Source of the DNA: Tubulanus polymorphus
Taxonomy: Eukaryota > Animalia > Nemertea
DNA: 64,000 bases
Assembly (NCBI RefSeq): GCF_964204645.1
Contig: NC_134029.1
Span: 15,432,950 to 15,496,949, forward strand
Direction of reading: 5' to 3'
Positions within the stretch are counted from its first letter, which is position 1, and each line of letters starts with the position of its first letter. This document shows, piece by piece, positions 38,291 to 51,380 of the stretch. A program made the position numbers and the translations under genes. The notes beneath the pieces are model-generated. The model saw only the letters and a program-made list of their open reading frames with translations, made no database searches and had not been told where the DNA came from.

Positions 38291-39055
38291 AAAAGTATTA
38301 AGTGAGTACGACAAGCCTACCATGCCTATGTACTACAAACACAACTTTTCCCTCTCGTCGGCCCTACAGTGATGTTACTATAACTGGTGCAATTATAACA
38401 TGGATAGGATTTGGTCAGGACTAGCCTAAAGTCTTAATTCGGTCTATGTACTAATTCACTCGATAGGCCTATTTTTAAAACAATACAGTGAAGTATTCAC
38501 ACGCAGAAAGGCTAATTGATTTGAGCCATGTGATTAAATTTGGCCAGGCCTTCTCTGACCTGCTGACATTAATAGTCAAACCAAAATGTTCATGTGGTCA
38601 CGGCTTGTATACCAGAAATCATTGTAGGCCTGTACATTTTGCTGTTCGTAGGTTTGGTATACCGATTTCTCCATTCTTGACTGATAAGTGTACAGTATAG
38701 CGTATGCATTATACAATTGTTCCAATGGGAATAGGGCCTATTGATTGGGCTTATTATTTCCTGCTTTAGAATACTGAAATAAGCCCAACGTTCATTCAAA
38801 TATCCAACATCGGTGTAAGTTTGATTACTGTATACATGTACTGTAGGTTATCATGTTGTATGAATATTTTGCAGTTCAAATGTGTATGATGCTGATTCCA
38901 ATGTCAAACGGATGCAGTTAGATGGCCAAGGACAGTCAACACCAAGATATCTCTCTTCGACCGATGTTGCACCATAGAAGATCTGATACTTTCAACTCAA
39001 GGGAAGTGATTCAACACGATCGACATAACACTGGAATAGGTTTGCAGTAACTAAC

Positions 39056-39306
39056 TGTTACGGCCAGAAAAAGCCAAACTACAAACACAACTCGGAAGAC
39101 TGCCATCTACATAACACCAACTGCTTTATTAAACAGAACTCAACTGAACTGCTGAATATCAACAGTACGAACATATATATACAGGAAACAACAATAGAAG
39201 AATACAGACAGAGATTAAAGCTTACAATATTCACAATGAACACTGACATGCGACGAAATAGGAACTTGAAAACCAGTGATGCTAGACAAACATCGAATAC
39301 GTAACA
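39056..39306 (-). repeat. 3' LTR of the Gmr1-like element (PPT at 39307-39320)
   Basis: Matches 43993-44243; purine tract TTTAAGAAGGGGCG on the minus strand abuts it. Confidence 0.95.
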
Positions 39307-39362
39307 CGCCCCTTCTTAAAGAAGTGACCATAAAGTAGTTATTTACAATAACCATTACTAAT

Positions 39363-42300
39363 TTACGCTCTAGACAACGCATCCGCCACAACATTGTTAC
39401 AACCACGTACATGTAATATATGGAGATCATACTCCTGTAAGGTTAAACACCATCTCATCAACCTCTTGTTCTTATTCTTCATACTATTTACAAAAGTTAA
39501 CGGATTATGATCAGTATAGACAATCACCGGAAAGAGACACATAGTAGTATATACGTTAAAATGTTCTAAAGCAAATATCAAGGCTAAACATTCTTTCTCA
39601 ATAGTTGAGTAATTTTGTTGCGAAACATCAAATTTTTTTGAGAAGTAACAAATTGGATGGTCTATACCACAATCGTCAGCTTGAATTAATACAGCACCTG
39701 CACCAATGTCACAGGCGTCGATCATTAATTTGAATTGCCTACCAAAGTCCGGCGCAATAAGCACTGGTTTATTACTCAACAATCTTTTTACGTTCAAGAA
39801 CGCCTCATCACGATGATTAGTCCACTCAAATTTAACATTCTTCTTCAACAAATCAGTCAATACCGATGTAACCTGGGCAAAGTTCACACAGAATTTTCTA
39901 TAATAACCTGCCATACCCAGAAATCGCATTAAAGATCGACGATCCTGGGGGGCGGGATAATTAACAATAGCTTCAATTTTTGCATTTACGGGTTTAACTT
40001 GCCCATGGCCTACAACGTGACCCAAATATATACATTTAGCTTGACCAAAATCACTTTTAATTAGATTTACCGTCAAGTTAGCCTCAGTTAATCTCTCAAA
40101 TAGGCATCGTAATTGATACAAGTGTTCATTCCACGTATCAGAAAATACAATTATGTCATCAATATATACAACAACACATATAAGACCTTTAATGACTTGG
40201 TTCATCAGCCGTTGAAACGTGGCTGCCGAATTTTTCATCCCAAATGGCATTCTACAGTATTGGAATAAACCATGAGGGGTACAAAAGGCGGATATTTCCC
40301 GAGCACGCTGAGAAAGAGGAACCTGCCAATAACCTTTTGTAAGGTCAAATTTACTGATGTATTTGGCTCTACCGATTCTATCTATCAAATCGTCAATTCT
40401 TGGAATTGGGTAAGAATCAGATTTGGTAACCGAATTAACCTTACGATAGTCCGTACAGAACCGCCACTTACCATTCTGTTTCGGAACTAAAATACAGGGT
40501 GAACTCCAATCACTCGTGCTAGGCTCGGCAATACCCGTCTTTAACATAGCGATAACCTCCTCTTTCATAATTTCAGATTTAACAGGATTCACACGATATG
40601 GATGCTGCTTCATTGGTTTAGCCTCACCAACATCCACATCGTGACAAGCGAGCGTAGTCAAGCCCGGAGTATCTGTAAAGAGATGTTGAAATTCATTTAA
40701 CAATTGTTTTAAATCAGATTTCTCACGAGGCTCCAAGTGATCTAATTTGGCATTAATATTATCCATCACTTTCGAATTTTCAAATAGAAAATCTACATAA
40801 TTACTCTGACTGTCACCACCATTAGAAACTGATCTGCTACAAAACGGTAACGTTTTATCAACTGCACTACCGACATCATCCGCATCCAGTAAATTAGAAG
40901 AATGAACAGTATCTATACACATATTTATACTACTAGCAGAGTCTTGGTTTCTTTCTAAATAACGTTTCATCATGTTAACATGACAAACCTGACTATCTTT
41001 CCTACGGTCAGGAGTCGCTATCAAATAATTTACATCATTTAATTTTTCGAGTACAATGTAAGGACCTCGAAATTTCGCCTGAAGGCTCGCCCCCTTAAAA
41101 GGAAACAATACAAGAACTTTGTCCCCCGGACTAAATATTCGTTTCCGAGCCTTTTTATCATACCATGTTTTCATAGTCATTTGAGAGTCCTTCAAATATC
41201 TACGGGCACTCTTCCACGCCTTGAATAATCTATTTCTAAAACTAGAAACATACTTCAATAAGTTACAGTCATTCTGTTTTTCATCATTATCAAGTAGAAA
41301 TCTTTCTTTAAGCAATTTAAGCGGACCGCGCACTTCATGCCCAAAAACTAATTCGAAGGGACTAAATCCTAATGACTCTTGGACCGCATCTCTAACGGCA
41401 AACAAAAGAAACGGAACCCCTTCATCCCAATCTTTTTGATTTTCTTCACAGTAAACTGTAAGCGATGTCTTCAGCATTTGATGAAACCTCTCAAGCGCCC
41501 CCTGAGATTCAGGATGATACGCACTCGAAGTACTTTGTTTATCACCCAGTTGATACATGACCTGTTGAAACACTCCAGAAACAAAATTTGATCCCTGATC
41601 AGACTGTATAGTTTTTGGAAACCCGTATGACGTAAAGAATTTTGTGAGTGCTTTTAATATTGTAGGAGCATTAATTGTACGCAGAGGAATTGCCTCTGGA
41701 TAGCGAGTTGACTTGCACATGATCGTCAACAAATACTCATTACCAGATCGAGTTTTTGGTAACTTACCAACACAGTCACAGATAACGTCCGAAAATGGTT
41801 CATTAAATGCAGGTACAGGTATCAACGGATGTTTGGGTATAGCCTGATTAGGCTTACCACATATTTGGCAATAATGGCATGAGGCACAAAAATTACTCAC
41901 ATCTTTTTTTATGCCCGGCCAAAAGAAATGTTGCAATACTTTGTTATACGTTTTTGTCACCCCAAGGTGACCTCCTAATGGTTTTTCGTGAGCCAAACGC
42001 AAAATATCTTCACGATAAACTGATGGAATGACAATCTGTTAATTAACTTTCCATTCAGTAGATGCAGGGACATCAGGTGGGCGAAATTTGCGCATTAGCA
42101 CACCTGAATCCAAAAAATAACCACAATGGCTATCAGCAAGATCCTCTTTTGAGGCATAAGCAATAGAAATTAGTTTCTCCAAATCCCTATCACTTTTTTG
42201 AAACCTAATTAAGTTAGAACGTGACACAACATCAAAATCAGAAACAACTGAAAAATCAGACATAGACCTAGTTACCACACATGACGGAAATAACCCAGGA

Positions 42301-43800
42301 ATTTCCTGGTCTAATAACTCAGTCTCAAAACTAAGAACAGGGTTCTTAGAAACAAAAGGATTTACCCTAACATTACCACCGGCCAAATCATTTCCAAGTA
42401 ACAGAGAGATACCCTGAACTGGCAACGACGGACACACACCCATCTCAAACCAGCCAGACATTAAATCACAATCCAAATATAGTTTATGAATTGGTACATC
42501 GAGAATCTCGGACCCAACACCCCTAAGAAGTACGTTTTTACCGGTATAAGTGTGCTTAGACAATGGTATGGTTCCTTCTAAAATTATGGTTTGTGACGCG
42601 CCAGTATCGCGTAATATCTTGACACTCACCATTGAATTATTTTCACTGAACGATACTTTGCCATCACTTATAAACGGTTCAAACGACCTCTTGTAGGTAG
42701 TTGATGACGAAATTGTTGATTCATCTGACAGTACTGGAGGATGGGGTGTAAGTAAGGCGATCGACCCAGTAGATTCCCGTTTTCTCTTTGCCTGTAATTT
42801 GAAGCACGAAGACATTAAATGTCCAGATTTTTTACAATAATTGCAAATAACGGGTGAATTTTGCCCTTTTAGCTGATAACTAGAAGCTTGACTACGAACA
42901 GTATCATAAGATTTAACCTCTTTAAATACCTTATGGGTTAAGGAATAGTCATCAGCAGCTGTAGCTGCCTCATTTAAATCATAAACCTTTTGTTCATCCA
43001 AATAGGTTTTAATTTCCACTGGTACACACTGTTTAAATTCTTCCAAAAGCATTAACTGTCGCAATTTGTCAAAATCGCTTTTAACTAATTAAGAATCACA
43101 CCAGCGAGTGAACAAGGTTTCTTTTTCCCTAGCAAATTCTAAATATGTTTCATTTTCAACCTTTTTACGATCTCTGAACCGTTGCCGATAGGCTTCTGGA
43201 ACTAATTCATAAGCTTTAAGAATACAAGATTTTACAATTTCATAATCATATGACTGTTCGGATGTAAGCGACGAATACACTTCTTGAGCCTTCCCAGTTA
43301 GAACACTCTGGAGTAGCAAAGTCCAGTTTTCCTGCGGCCAATTTAGATTAAGCGCGACTTTTTCAAAATGCGAAAAATACTTATCTATATTGGAATCTTG
43401 GAACTTCGGAACCAATCGGATGTGACGTGTAACATCGAAGTGTATATGATTCGACTGTAGACGATTCGTCTGACGACTGGTCTCAACTTCACGAAGACGA
43501 ATTTCCATCTCTCTAAGTTGTAGCTCATGTTGCTCCCGCTCACGATCCCTTTCACGATCCCGTTCGCGTTGTCCGGCTTCAAATTCCAGCTCCATCTTTC
43601 GAATTTCGTAGGCATGGTCAGAAATTGGTTCTACTTCACACTGTTGAAATAAACCCTTCAAAACGAGATAACTGTCTATGACTTCCTTAATGTTCGATTT
43701 TAGCATAGACGATTTAACACCGAGTTCATAAAATGTGGCAACATCCAACAACTAAAGCCTCCCTCGTAGGAGAACTAATAAAAGTCTCTATCGCAGCCAT
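39363..43800 (-). pseudogene. gag-pol of the Gmr1-like element (capsid/SCAN-like, CCHC knuckle, protease, integrase, RT, RNase H), disrupted
   Basis: ELVPEAYRQRFR, CNYCKKSGHLMSSC, LRDTGASQ, H2C2 plus DCVG/SDQGSNF/ALERFH, YIDD, IDACDIGAGAVL; in-frame TAA at 43089-43091 and 42039-42041; frameshift near 43750. Confidence 0.92.
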
Positions 43801-43970
43801 TTGACTCGTAGAAATGCTATCGGGATCAGGAAAACGGAAAAAATCTCTGCAATACCTCAAACTGAGGAAATCCTGATTCCGGAGTTCAGTTGAAAAGTTG
43901 ACAATCGTCGACGACAAAAAGCAGTTCAAAATGTACGAATCTTCCAATTGCAGAACGAAACGGCAAGGTT

Positions 43971-43987
43971 TCCCGGACGAGCCCCCA
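43971..43987 (-). promoter_or_regulatory. Primer-binding site complementary to the tRNA-Pro 3' end
   Basis: TGGGGGCTCGTCCGGGA on the minus strand, 5 nt inside the 5' LTR; equals the first 17 nt of the classic PBS-Pro. Confidence 0.9.
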
Positions 43988-43992
43988 ATTTC

Positions 43993-44243
43993 TGTTACGG
44001 CCAGAAAAAGCCAAACTACAAACACAACTCGGAAGACTGCCATCTACATAACACCAACTGCTTTATTAAACAGAACTCAACTGAACTGCTGAATATCAAC
44101 AGTACGAACATATATATACAGGAAACAACAATAGAAGAATACAGACAGAGATTAAAGCTTACAATATTCACAATGAACACTGACATGCGACGAAATAGGA
44201 ACTTGAAAACCAGTGATGCTAGACAAACATCGAATACGTAACA
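43993..44243 (-). repeat. 5' LTR of the Gmr1-like element
   Basis: Direct repeat of 39056-39306. Confidence 0.95.
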
Positions 44244-45517
44244 CTAACGGTTCATTTTATTTAGTCCTATGTACTTTTCAGCCAATTTGGATTTGATTGT
44301 AATTGAAACTCTGGAACTGTTAACAAAAGACAAGTTGAAAAAACACAAGTTATGCTTGATTCTCATGTTCAAATTTAATTCAAATTTATTTTATTACATC
44401 ATATTTACAAAGCATATCATTGGTTCATACATTAATAAAAATTAGGACGGAACAAATATTATTACAGAATTTCCAAAAAGGCAATGAATTTCTATAACTA
44501 AATGAACATTATTTTTCTAATAACTCAGATCAAGAGTGACTCTCCCGTTTATTAGGTAACACACACAACTATCGGAATAGGTTTGATATACACACGTTGC
44601 AGGTATCAATTGTTGATCAATATACAATTTGTAATCCATAAAAGCCAAAATCAACATCAGCCGGAAACCTAGACCAGATCAATTCATAATTTATTGATTG
44701 AATCTACACTACAATATATGTATTTATTCAAATATTTCAATAAAAACATTAACTTCTTAAATCTATTCTAAATCATAATACGTTCTTATCTGTCAATTCA
44801 CTCAATCTATCGACTCAGCAGGTGCTTCAAATGAGTTCTTAATAGGACAGATCAATTTTTTAGCATGGTGATAATACAGTATCATGATGTTTGAATGCCA
44901 AATTAAATGCCTGGTCAAATGAATTAATATTTGTTGATTGTACGTCCGCGTATGTTCGGTTTCAAAGCTGAATCATATTTGACGTTTACACAGTGGTAGC
45001 ATATTAGGTTCGAATCTGTCAATGCATTTTATTCTATGTGTCGATATTTCAATTTACTACAATTCCCATCTTTCTGAATGGCTTTGCAGAAAACCCGTCA
45101 TCGCTGCTTGGCAGCTATATTCTATTTCTTTATTTCAATAATAATGAATCGTTTTCGATTCGCTATTTTGGCAGGATGTCTATCGTCCGATAGCTCCCGA
45201 CCTCCCAGCGTGAATCAATCAAAAAAATCAACTACTCGCCAAAGACTCATTAATTAAAAGTCAGGATAATGGAAGATGCATTCTAACAACCAATGGCGAC
45301 GTAAAGACTATATATAGGCTCTATATTAGAACCAGCCTGTACTACGGCTATTCAACTTTATAAAATTATTTGTCCCCGTCAAATACCGCGCACCATTTCA
45401 GTCAAATTGCCTAAATATATCTGGTTCGTCGCTATAGTAGATTATTTTCTAAAAACAATTACACCCATATCACCAATATATACCTATAATTCTAAAAGCT
45501 CAGGTTTTTAGCGTTAA

Positions 45518-45765
45518 GAGGAATATTCATCCCAAAGTCAATAATATTTCGAATATCAGATCTAGGTCCATTTTTCTTCGTTTCACAGCTGGGGGAATAT
45601 TCCGCCCAAAGTCAATTGTTTGAATATCAGACATGAAGGTCAGATTCTCTTCGTTCGACATTGGGAGGAATATTCCTTCCGAAGTCAATAGTTTGAATAT
45701 CAGACCCCTCGGCCAAGTTTCCATCGTTTGACCTAGGGAGGAATATTCCTTCCGCGGTCAATTTT
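45518..45765. repeat. Degenerate ~70-bp tandem repeat (about 4 units)
   Basis: Recurring GGAATATTC..CC.AAGTCAAT...TTGAATATCAGA. Confidence 0.6.
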
Positions 45766-46292
45766 CCCAGTAGCGGTCTTCTTAATTGGTAATGATCAAA
45801 GAACGCATGGCTCAGATTACTACTGTGTGCCTATCACACGCCACGCGTGAATCACTTTCGTATTCTTTTCTGTAAATTTGAGGACATGGGGCATTATTTT
45901 TCTAGAGCTCAACGTTATCCCACACACGGAACTGTCAATAGGTTGATTTTACGGCAACACGAGTCGACACGTTTTTACAATTTTTTTTGATGTATGAACA
46001 TTTGAGGACTTAATGAATATTTTTAGAAAGTCGCAATACACTTGAGACTGAGTTATCAATGATTATATCTGGTATTTGTGGATTATTTGCTTATAAAGTT
46101 TGGTGGTTTTAAGACCTTCGAAATGCATGTATTTACATGTTTTTCTCTGTGTGTTTTGTTGGATATTTCATCTCATTGAGTGTTTATTTAATTTTATCTC
46201 ATTGGATCATATGCATTCAAATCGTTCAGTGAAAGATAACAAAACGATTATTTCGAGATGATAGTAAGTTTATCTTCTATCCTTCATTGCAG

Positions 46293-46415
46293 ATGTTGAC
46301 GAATGTCAGAATTCAGAAAATTGTTTGTATGGGAGGTGTGTTAATAGTTATGGTGGTTACGTATGCCAGTGTCCTCCGCATTATGAACTGAATCCACCTG
46401 GAACGGCCTGTATTG
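46293..46415 (+). CDS. FBN: Fibrillin exon, cbEGF (equivalent to cbEGF22)
   Basis: ttgcag|atgttgacgaatgt...tgtattg|gtaatg; 123 bp; DVDECQNSENCLYGRCVNSYGGYVCQCPPHYELNPPGTACI. Confidence 0.94.
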
Positions 46416-47074
46416 GTAATGTTAATGCAAGCACCGGTTTGCAATTCAGTTGTTTTTTAACAAGATTGGCCCTTAATTTATAAACTGTATAAGATAACTT
46501 TGTGAAATTTAATGGATGGGTTACCCTAGAGACCGTGAGTGACTGATTAGATTTCGAGTGCTGTTGGTGAAAGGTCAAGGTCACTGGAAGCCGTTTTGTA
46601 TTTTCCATTTCCTGCCTTATAGGTCGACATACGCTAGGGATGTATTTTACACTCAGGCGTTTCACCTGATGTGGGGGCATCGGTCGTCTTCAGCGACATT
46701 CTGGTTTCTTAGTCGGACATTTTCCCGTTGTCTCTCAACGTGTCCGACTTAGCCAGTTTATTAAAAAGTATTAAGAATTATTTTGTTAAGAATTATTTTG
46801 AGCCGAGTCGAGGGATGAAAAAAATCGATTTGTTTCATACAACTCGTTTTTTAACCGTGTAAAAAGTATTTTCGAAAAGGGACTAAAGAGAGGATAAAGT
46901 ATAACAGACATATTTTCAAATATTTTTGATTCTGCCATCAAGAAGATTAAATATTCATTTTATTTATTTATAGCACATTTATAGCATAAGTATCAAACCC
47001 TTCATAAATATAGCGAAACATTTGTCACACATCAAAGGTAACCAAACACCTAAATTAATTCATATTTGATTCTA

Positions 47075-47305
47075 GAAATTCTGCCAAAAATAGCAGAATG
47101 TTTCAACGAGCATTTTGTAAATGTTGCGCAGAAATATCAAAAACCAATTTCTGAAGAGAACCTAAGGTTATTTAAGTGATAATGTGTGGAAATCTTATGA
47201 AGATTTAATTTACTAGCCTCTATGCCAATTGCAGTTTTACTTCAGGGCGTGTTCCCAGTGCATTCAATATAGCTCATGTTACCCTAATCTGTAATCGTGG
47301 AAAAG
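47075..47305 (+). pseudogene. Small CR1-like ORF2 relic
   Basis: IAECFNEHFVNVAQK and SGRVPSAFNIAHVTLI resemble conserved pre-RT motifs of CR1 elements. Confidence 0.45.
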
Positions 47306-47643
47306 TAAATATGTGCATCACTGTTCTATTTCCGACTGTCCGTATTACAATTTGGAATTAAGTCGGTTAAGTGAAAGACTTAAGATAATTTGAAAAACCA
47401 ATCACACTATTTATTCAATACATGTACTAATTTGGTTGAATCAAATAATAGACTCTACTCGCATTATAAATCAGATAAAATTTTGTGTGGCCTGATAATA
47501 TAAGGGAATGGAAATGTACTGCAGTGTATTCCGTCGTGGTTATATACAGCTTTCTGCTGGTGATTGGCTCCGAACACTCATTGGTTACAGTGACAGAAAT
47601 TTGTTGTGAAGGTTTATTGACCTCAAGATCAAATTTTATTCAG

Positions 47644-47811
47644 ACAAACGTGAAGGAATCTGCTATTTGGACAAACCAACATTTGGAAGTCGAGGGTCGT
47701 GTCATAAAAGTATGCCTGCTCGCATCACGCGATCTACTTGTTGCTGCACAATTGGAAAAGCGTGGGGAGAAAATGAAGGATATTGCGACATTTGCCCTCA
47801 AAATGGAACAA
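47644..47811 (+). CDS. FBN: Fibrillin exon, TB (8-cysteine) domain part 1 (equivalent to TB4)
   Basis: attcag|acaaacgtgaa...ggaacaa|gtttgt; 168 bp; DKREGICYLDKPTFGSRGSCHKSMPARITRSTCCCTIGKAWGENEGYCDICPQNGT with the diagnostic CCC..GKAWG. Confidence 0.93.
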
Positions 47812-48032
47812 GTTTGTAGCTTTAAAACTGGTCAAATTTTCTTCTCATGGGAATATATATAATCACTAGTTAACTAAATGATTATCTTTTCGTCTATTAA
47901 TCTACATGGGCTTATGTGGATTTAATTCCCTAAACACATCCTATATTGCATATTAACTAGAAACTTACTGATGATGTCATTATGATACGATTGGAGTGAA
48001 TCAGGTTTTTATGTTCTGTTGTTTATTTGCAG

Positions 48033-48101
48033 AACTATATGATCTAGTTTGTCCTGGTGGTCCTGGCTTCAGACCAAATATCCTCACGGTCATTCTTGAA
48101 G
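48033..48101 (+). CDS. FBN: Fibrillin exon, TB domain part 2 and linker
   Basis: ttgcag|aactatat...cttgaag|gtatgc; 69 bp; KLYDLVCPGGPGFRPNILTVILE (FBN1: [22 protein letters not shown]). Confidence 0.94.
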
Positions 48102-48165
48102 GTATGCTAGATCTGTCAGATGGTCTAAAACGGTAGTCATCTTTATCTCGTTAACCACCATGAAT

Positions 48166-49905
48166 AATAAAGAAGTTTCCAGTTTCTAGGCGCCATTTTG
48201 TGGCGGTCCCTCGAGGTCCCCATTGTTGCGATGATTTGCGCTCATTTTTAAAACATAAGTTTAGATTGAATATCATATAGTTCTGCAGCCCCTTGCTCGA
48301 CGAAATCAATTTATACACCATTTTAAAGGAAATAAAATGCAGATATTTGCTGGCGATTCTTGGAATTTTTGAACGCAACAATTGAGAACAGTGACGATGT
48401 GAAACCAAGGACCGCATATCTTAACCGTGCGTGAAAGAAACCGCAATATCTATTAATTTTGAAATATCTAAGTATCTCTTGAAGCTGTATTTCCAATTTT
48501 CACGGAGGTTAAAGAGGGTAATTTGCAGTTTAAGCCTGCGTTAAAATCTTTTGAATATCTTTCCTGACGACTGATCTGTACCCGCTTGAATTTGAGATTA
48601 CGCGCAAAAGGGGTCTCCCACTGCGCATTGCAATTTCACTGAACATTGAGATTTGCGACAAGAAATCTTTAAATGCAATTTGATTTCTTCACATTTTCCA
48701 TGGGGATATTTTGAGATGATAATCCATATCTTGTTTGTACCGTATTTTGGCGGGGGCAATTCGTTTAGCTGGTTTCGGGGTCCGGTTTGTCCCGCTATTG
48801 AAGTTTGAGTGACCCAGTTGAGGAGTTGTCGTATACAGCCCGTCCAGCCTAGCGCCGATTTTGTGTTCGGTGAAATCAAACGCTTTAGAGTCGATGGTGA
48901 AATGTGCCAGTCAATTTAAACGCTTAGGACATATTTAACACATTTCCCTCTCTGGTAATCCCTCATTCTGGGATCATACGATGAATTTACTGAATCTCAA
49001 CCTTCTTGCTGGAAAACATCGACCAGAAAACCTTACTGATATAAAATTCCAATATAATATTTAAAGGGGTTCATATCTGTCCCCCATTTGATATTCTGTT
49101 TTAGGGGGTCAACGTCCAGTTTGGCAACTTTCAGCTGCGCCACATATTCAAAAATATATAAAAACTTAGAATTTTTTTCTAGTGTCCAACCATGAGTGGT
49201 ACATTCGGTTGAAACGCAAATTAGGTTCTCAACTAGGCCACATTTGCAACCAACACGGAAAGTCCCCACTCTTACAGGAAATCCTTAAATTTCCCAACGC
49301 TACAAAACTCAAATTCATCAAAGCACTCATAGTCCATTTTCAACCATACGAAAATAAAGGTAATATATAACCATCAGAAGCAATATTAATAATTACAAAC
49401 CAGTATAAAATCTTATTTCTGCGATTTCTTTTCACAAATCTCAATGTTCAGTGAAATGGCGGCGCGCACAGGGAGACCCCTTGGGAAACTCAAGCGGGTA
49501 CAGATCAGTCGTCAGTAAAGATATTCAAAAGAATTAAACGTAGGCTTAAACTGCAAATAACCCTCTTTAACCTCTGTGAAATACAGCTTTAAGAGATACT
49601 AAGATATTTTAAAATTAATAGATATTGCGATTTCTTTTACGCGCGGTTAAGATATGCGGTCCTTGGTTTCACATCGTCACTGTTCATCATTGTTGCGTTC
49701 AAAAATTCCAAGAATCGCCAGCAAATATTTGCATTTCATTTCCTTTAAAATGGTGTATAAATTGATTTCGTCAAGCAAGGGACAGCAGAACTATATGATA
49801 TTCAATCTAAACTTATGTTTTAAAAATGAGCGCAAATTATCGCAACAATGGGGACCTCGAGGGACCGCCACAAAATGGCGCCTAAAAACTGGAAACTTCT
49901 TTATT
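48166..49905. mobile_element. Non-autonomous foldback DNA element with ~500-bp terminal inverted repeats
   Basis: 48166-~48690 is the reverse complement of ~49400-49905 (mirror ORFs 48151- and 49654+); no transposase; TSD not resolved. Confidence 0.85.
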
Positions 49906-50391
49906 GTAAAAGGGAAAAGATTGAGAGGCTTTAACCGTATGATTTTGATTAATATCCTAGAAAAAAATATGTAGGGAAGATTCAAAATAGTTGCAAACGA
50001 GAAATTCAATTCCAGCAACCTTTTTTTTTAAATTGGTATTTTAAAATAACTAACAGCAGAGTCTACATGAAATATTTTGATAACTTTAATTTAATGTGTC
50101 AAACTCAAATTTTTTCAAACAAAATTATACAGCATTTAATTTCACAACGCCGGTTGCTCAACGGTTGATAAATATTGTTGATGATACAAATTTCGAGGAC
50201 ACTTGACAAAAAAGGGGCGCCCCCGCGCCTACCCCTCTTTATCTGCCTCTCAATAGTTGCTTTTATTGCTAAGCCTCCTTATGTAAGTACGCAGGTTATC
50301 AATCAATTATTACTCGATGCTGAGTTTGTTTTTTTTTCTTCAGAGACACATTTTGGAATCCATGAATGAATCGTTGAATTTCAAATTTCAG

Positions 50392-50517
50392 ATATTGATG
50401 AATGTGAAGCAATACCTGGTATTTGCAAAGCTGGGGCGTGTAAAAATACATTTGGTAGTTTTGTGTGCATTTGTCCTGATGGATATAGACTAAATAACAC
50501 CGACATGGATTGTGTAG
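50392..50517 (+). CDS. FBN: Fibrillin exon, cbEGF (equivalent to cbEGF23)
   Basis: tttcag|atattgatgaatgt...tgtgtag|gtaagt; 126 bp; [42 protein letters not shown]. Confidence 0.95.
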
Positions 50518-51002
50518 GTAAGTGACTGGATCTATATAATGGACATTTTTCGGGTATGAAAACATCATGTAACTGGCAGGAAATCATATCAAGTTTATCG
50601 AAATTGGCGCCTCTAATACGTCTGGTTTTGATAGACTGCGAGGCCACGGATACACAAATGGCGAGCAATTCATTTGACATTCGTGCCATGCTAAGTTCGC
50701 TTATAGTTTGTTCGTCGTGTGGATTATAATGGAGTTCGGCTATCTAATTTAGTATCTCTAACTTAGTATGTATGGCAACTTCTATAGTCCTAGCTTGGAT
50801 TTGTCTTGTCATTGTCTTTTTTGACTGCAAAATACATTCTTTGAAAAAGTTAGACGATGGCACGAGGCCGAGCCGGTGGCTACAACGCCGTTTTTTGTGA
50901 CAGGCAGTCGACAAACGTTTGGCATCGTTTTTGACGGGTCAAACGACGGGTCAATCCATGCGTCAAACGACGCGTCAAATTCACTTTTTTCAAAACTTTA
51001 TC

Positions 51003-51380
51003 TTATTAGGGTTTTCGGACTTTCGTCGAAAACCCTCTTGGAATTCTGTGGATTATTATTATTATTATTAATATTATTCCACTTCTTTCGAACATAAAAT
51101 GTATCTCGTCTCAGATCCGACAACTAATCAATAATACATGCTCTAATAAACCTTGAGGGAGATGAAGCGCTCTGAAAGCATTGGGTAGAATCCTTTGAAA
51201 TGTTTGACGTACCTTAAAATCCGGCTTAATAACTGAACCCAGCCTGATTTTGATACAGAGCTGGTATATGAAATATCCCATCACCTCTCCCGTCGGTTAG
51301 AATCCGTGGCGCATTGGAATACCGTTGTCTTGTCAGGCGCAAGGTCGCGGGTTCGAGGATAGCCATATCCGTATTTTCTA
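51003..51380 (-). mobile_element. HINE-like terminus (hairpin plus (ATT)n) with a nearby tRNA-like A/B-box remnant
   Basis: AGGGTTTTCG-GACTTTCGT-CGAAAACCCT then (ATT)n, the same design as the repeat B end; GTGGCGCATTGG...GGGTTCGAG at ~51307-51358. Confidence 0.45.

Larger units (their letters stand above)
39056..44243 (-). mobile_element. Full-length Gmr1-like Ty3/gypsy LTR retrotransposon
   Basis: Two 251-bp LTRs (TGTTAC...GTAACA), CTAAC TSD at 39051-39055 and 44244-44248, PBS, PPT, and gag-PR-IN-RT-RH domain order. Confidence 0.95.

Noticed and set aside
22893-50517. LTBP, fibulin or Notch identity for the EGF exons
   Set aside because: The run of cbEGFs followed by CCC..GKAWG and CPGG.GFRPN..TVILE matches fibrillin cbEGF17-TB4-cbEGF23 specifically.
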